In this document: positions 62,893-64,000 of the stretch, piece by piece
How positions within the stretch are numbered: position 1 is the first letter of the stretch
Layout: each line of letters begins with the position of its first letter
Source of the DNA: Phoronis australis
Lineage: Eukaryota; Animalia; Phoronida
Assembly (NCBI GenBank): GCA_002633005.1
Contig: NMRA01000037.1
Coordinates: 1,043,972 to 1,107,971 of the forward strand
Length of the DNA stretch: 64,000 bases
Direction of reading: 5' to 3'
Position numbers and translations under genes: made by a program
The notes under the pieces: model-generated
The model's input: only the letters and a program-made list of their open reading frames with translations
Told to the model about the DNA's origin: nothing
Databases searched by the model: none

Positions 62893-64000
62893 GACGACGA
62901 ATGTATTCGGTAACTTATTCTGCTGCTGCAAATCCAAGTCGCAAACTGTTCTCGATAACGCCTGTTCACGGTTAATAAGAACTCGGGGACTCGGTCTTAA
63001 CAAATGCGTTTGTTCGGCGGGCTATCCTGAACACCTGTGGCCGCGGTAATGAAGTTGCACTTGACGCGAGGTGTGGCAGCCCGATCGCATAACAACTGCT
63101 ACCGTTTTATGGCAACCAGATTAATGTTCATCTAGGACTCCTTGCAAATAGCTAAGTTACTGCGGGCCTATTTTCAGTCCTTAAGTAGTTTTGCCTAGTC
63201 TCACCTCCCACACAAGCGGCTGGAATTTTCCCCACTGAACCCCACGCTCACGTCTATTCTATTTGACCACGAGTATACACGTTCGCTAAGCATCTGTCAC
63301 GTGACAATACGAGAAGTCTGAGTGAGGCCCAACAGCAGACGACCTGTCCGTGTGTCAACAGAAAACACGATAACATCGAATTTTACAGGTGACAAGACAT
63401 AATGACGTACCCTCGTGACTCAAATTCCTGCAATAAAGGTTTACGATGTTCGGCCCCCGCTTCCCGAAATACTGACTACAAAGGGAGTCAGAGAAATGAA
63501 TGAAAACACAGGCCTCGAGTATTATGGCTGGTAAACAATGACCTCGGGCCAGTGCTGGACATCTGCAATTGACATATAATTATGATAAACATCCCAAGTT
63601 ATGTAGGCCGTGGGCCGTATATGAGGCTCACTCATGAAACCACTCCCGTGACCACTTTTTGAGGAAATTTTGTTTTGAAGCTTTTGGTATCGCAAACCGA
63701 CATATTTTATAAGAGTGAAAAGTTCCCATAATTAAGTTTGCTCATTTCCACGACTTTTAAATTTGGGTAATTCTGCAAATTGGATATGGAATAGAACGCA
63801 TTTAAAAACAATGGAACTGGGTGATACTGTAACAAATATTTCCAAAGTTTGTATGCTCTTATGATTTAAAAATCATAAAAACACGCACAATGTTTTATCT
63901 TTTTAACATTAAATTGCAAAATTAAGAAAAACTTCTGAACATGTAAGCGTATGAAACGCCATGAATAGCTACATGTGCAACTACTAGTGACGGATGCATG

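Noticed and set aside
62893-63003. Longer N-terminus of the 152-aa ORF starting at 63003
   Set aside because: It begins at a non-ATG codon. The first ATG in good context is at 62892.

Overview
This is AT-rich, intron-containing animal genomic DNA. It is most consistent with a heterozygous invertebrate short-read scaffold, but the taxon cannot be fixed from the sequence. Manual splicing on GT-AG sites gives six genes: (1) the 5' end of a signal-peptide/LRRNT protein running into an 817-nt gap (-); (2) a 9-exon HSF2BP/MEILB2 orthologue (+); (3) a 4-exon Out-at-first (OAF) orthologue (-); (4-5) two tandem paralogues (+) encoding leaderless proteins with an N-terminal amphipathic helix and an FGF/IL-1-like beta-trefoil that shows FGF-like intron phases; (6) a 2-exon Dapper/Dact-like scaffold gene (-) ending in a PDZ-binding motif. 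Intergenic and intronic DNA holds several MITE families, a decayed non-LTR retrotransposon, tRNA-derived SINE-like pieces and minisatellites. Three apparent tandem duplications sit on single-N joins and are probably uncollapsed haplotypes. One of them exposes a presence/absence PIF/Harbinger-type MITE. All homology calls are from recalled sequence similarity; no database search was run.
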